A stretch of 64,000 nt of DNA from Dendrobates tinctorius (Eukaryota), in NCBI RefSeq assembly GCF_039654945.1, contig NW_027361679.1:123938001-124002000 (forward strand). Direction: 5' to 3'. The translations under genes were made by a program, and so were the position numbers. The notes beneath the pieces were generated by a model. That model made no database searches and was not told the DNA's origin. It saw only the letters and a list, made by a program, of their open reading frames with translations. This document shows, in pieces, positions 63,050 through 64,000 of the stretch; position 1 is the first letter of the stretch, and every line of letters starts with the position of its first letter.

Positions 63050-63921
63050 GCAGAGCCGATCGAGTTGTGCATGCTTCAAGCCTCCTATGGAGGCTATTGA
63101 AGCATGCCAAACGTAAAAAAAAAAAAGTTAAAAAAATAAAAACATAAACCTAAGAGTTCAAATCACCCCCCTTTCGCCCCAATCAAAATTACACAATTGA
63201 AAAAAAAATAAAAAAAAAAATCACACATACACATATTAGGTTATCGCCGCGTTCAGAATCGCCTGATCTAGCAATAAAAAAAAAGCATTAAACTGATCAC
63301 TAAAAGGTGTAGCGAGGAGAAAAAAAAAAAAAAAAAAAAAAATCGAAACGCCAGAATTAGGTTTTTTTTTTGTCGACGTGACATCGCATTAAAATGCAAT
63401 AACGGGCGATCAAAAGAACACTCCTGCACAAAAGTGGTATTAAAAACGTCACCTCGGCCCGCAAAAAATAAGCCTTCACCCGACCCCAGATCACGAAAAA
63501 TGTAAACACTAAGGGTCTCGGAAAATTATGCTTTTTTTTATTTTAAAGCAAACTTTGGAATTTTTTTTCACCACTTAGCTAAAAGAGAACCTAGACATGT
63601 TTGGTGTCTATGACCTCGTAATGACCTGGAGAATCAGAATGACAGGTCAGTTTTAGCATTTACTGAACCTAGCAAAAAAGCCAAGTAAAAAACAAGTGTG
63701 GGACCGCACTTTTTTTTTGCAATTTCACCGCACTTGGGAATTTTTTTTCCAGTTTTCAAGTACACGACATGCTAAAACCAATGATGTCATTCAAAAGTAC
63801 AACTTGTCCCGCAAATAAGCCCTCACATGGCCATATTGACAAAAAAAATAAAAAAAAAAGTTATGGCTCTGGGAAGGAGGGGAGCGAAAAACGAAAAAAG
63901 CTCTGGTCATGAAGGGGTTAA
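63050..63921. mobile_element. piggyBac-like non-autonomous element, right part
   Basis: Homologous to 15600-16342. Ends GAAGGGGTTAA. Confidence 0.75.
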
Positions 63922-63946
63922 TAACAATAACAATATTATTATTATT

Positions 63947-64000
<54 letters not shown>
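63921..64000. repeat. (TAA)n/(TTA)n microsatellite
   Basis: Seen directly. Confidence 0.95.

Larger units (their letters stand above)
54995..63050 (+). mobile_element. Near full-length degraded LINE-1 (5' UTR, ORF1 ~57383-58261, ORF2 ~58539-63030), antisense to DAZAP1
   Basis: ORF1 coiled coil and DDLENRSRRKNIRII. Endonuclease MTWKVRGL, MGDFN, SRIDY, ISDHSP. RT KVPGPDG, DAAKAFD, GTRQGCPLSP, LYADD. Many frameshifts. 5' boundary approximate. Confidence 0.9.

Noticed and set aside
54551-64000. Upstream DAZAP1 exons (RRM1) and promoter
   Set aside because: No match found by eye. The region is L1, TRT and MITE sequence, and the GC-rich patch near 55000-55500 is better explained as the L1 5' region.

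Overview
Vertebrate genomic DNA, most likely from a frog (inferred from the protein sequence and the repeat families). It holds the 3' two-thirds of DAZAP1 (Prrp), an hnRNP/Musashi-type two-RRM protein gene, on the minus strand. Seven constitutive coding exons were read directly: 54437-54550, 36531-36579, 26347-26500, 21978-22007, 21744-21875, 21473-21649 and 3993-4165. One exon (RRM2 RNP1) is absent and probably lies in the N-gap at 28179-28390. The 5' exons were not found and probably lie beyond the right edge. The introns are swollen by deeply nested transposons: Harbinger, Kolobok, hAT, piggyBac-like and Tc2-like MITEs, Tc1 (DD34E) and TRT (DD37E), two DIRS elements, L1, L2, CR1, SINE, Penelope remnants and a 2.5 kb minisatellite. 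The best non-repeat signal is a set of cassette exons the ORF track misses. There are two candidate stop-codon (poison) exons (35757-35778 and 26899-26991), and a 62-nt cassette (21098-21159) whose stop should escape NMD and replace the PY-NLS tail with GNACFVKLSEWI*. Two poly(A) signals complete a plausible dosage and localisation control system. Also notable: a 247-bp-arm palindrome, a minimal hammerhead-like motif and a 16 kb nested TE stack. Exon numbers and TE family names come from recall, not from a database search.
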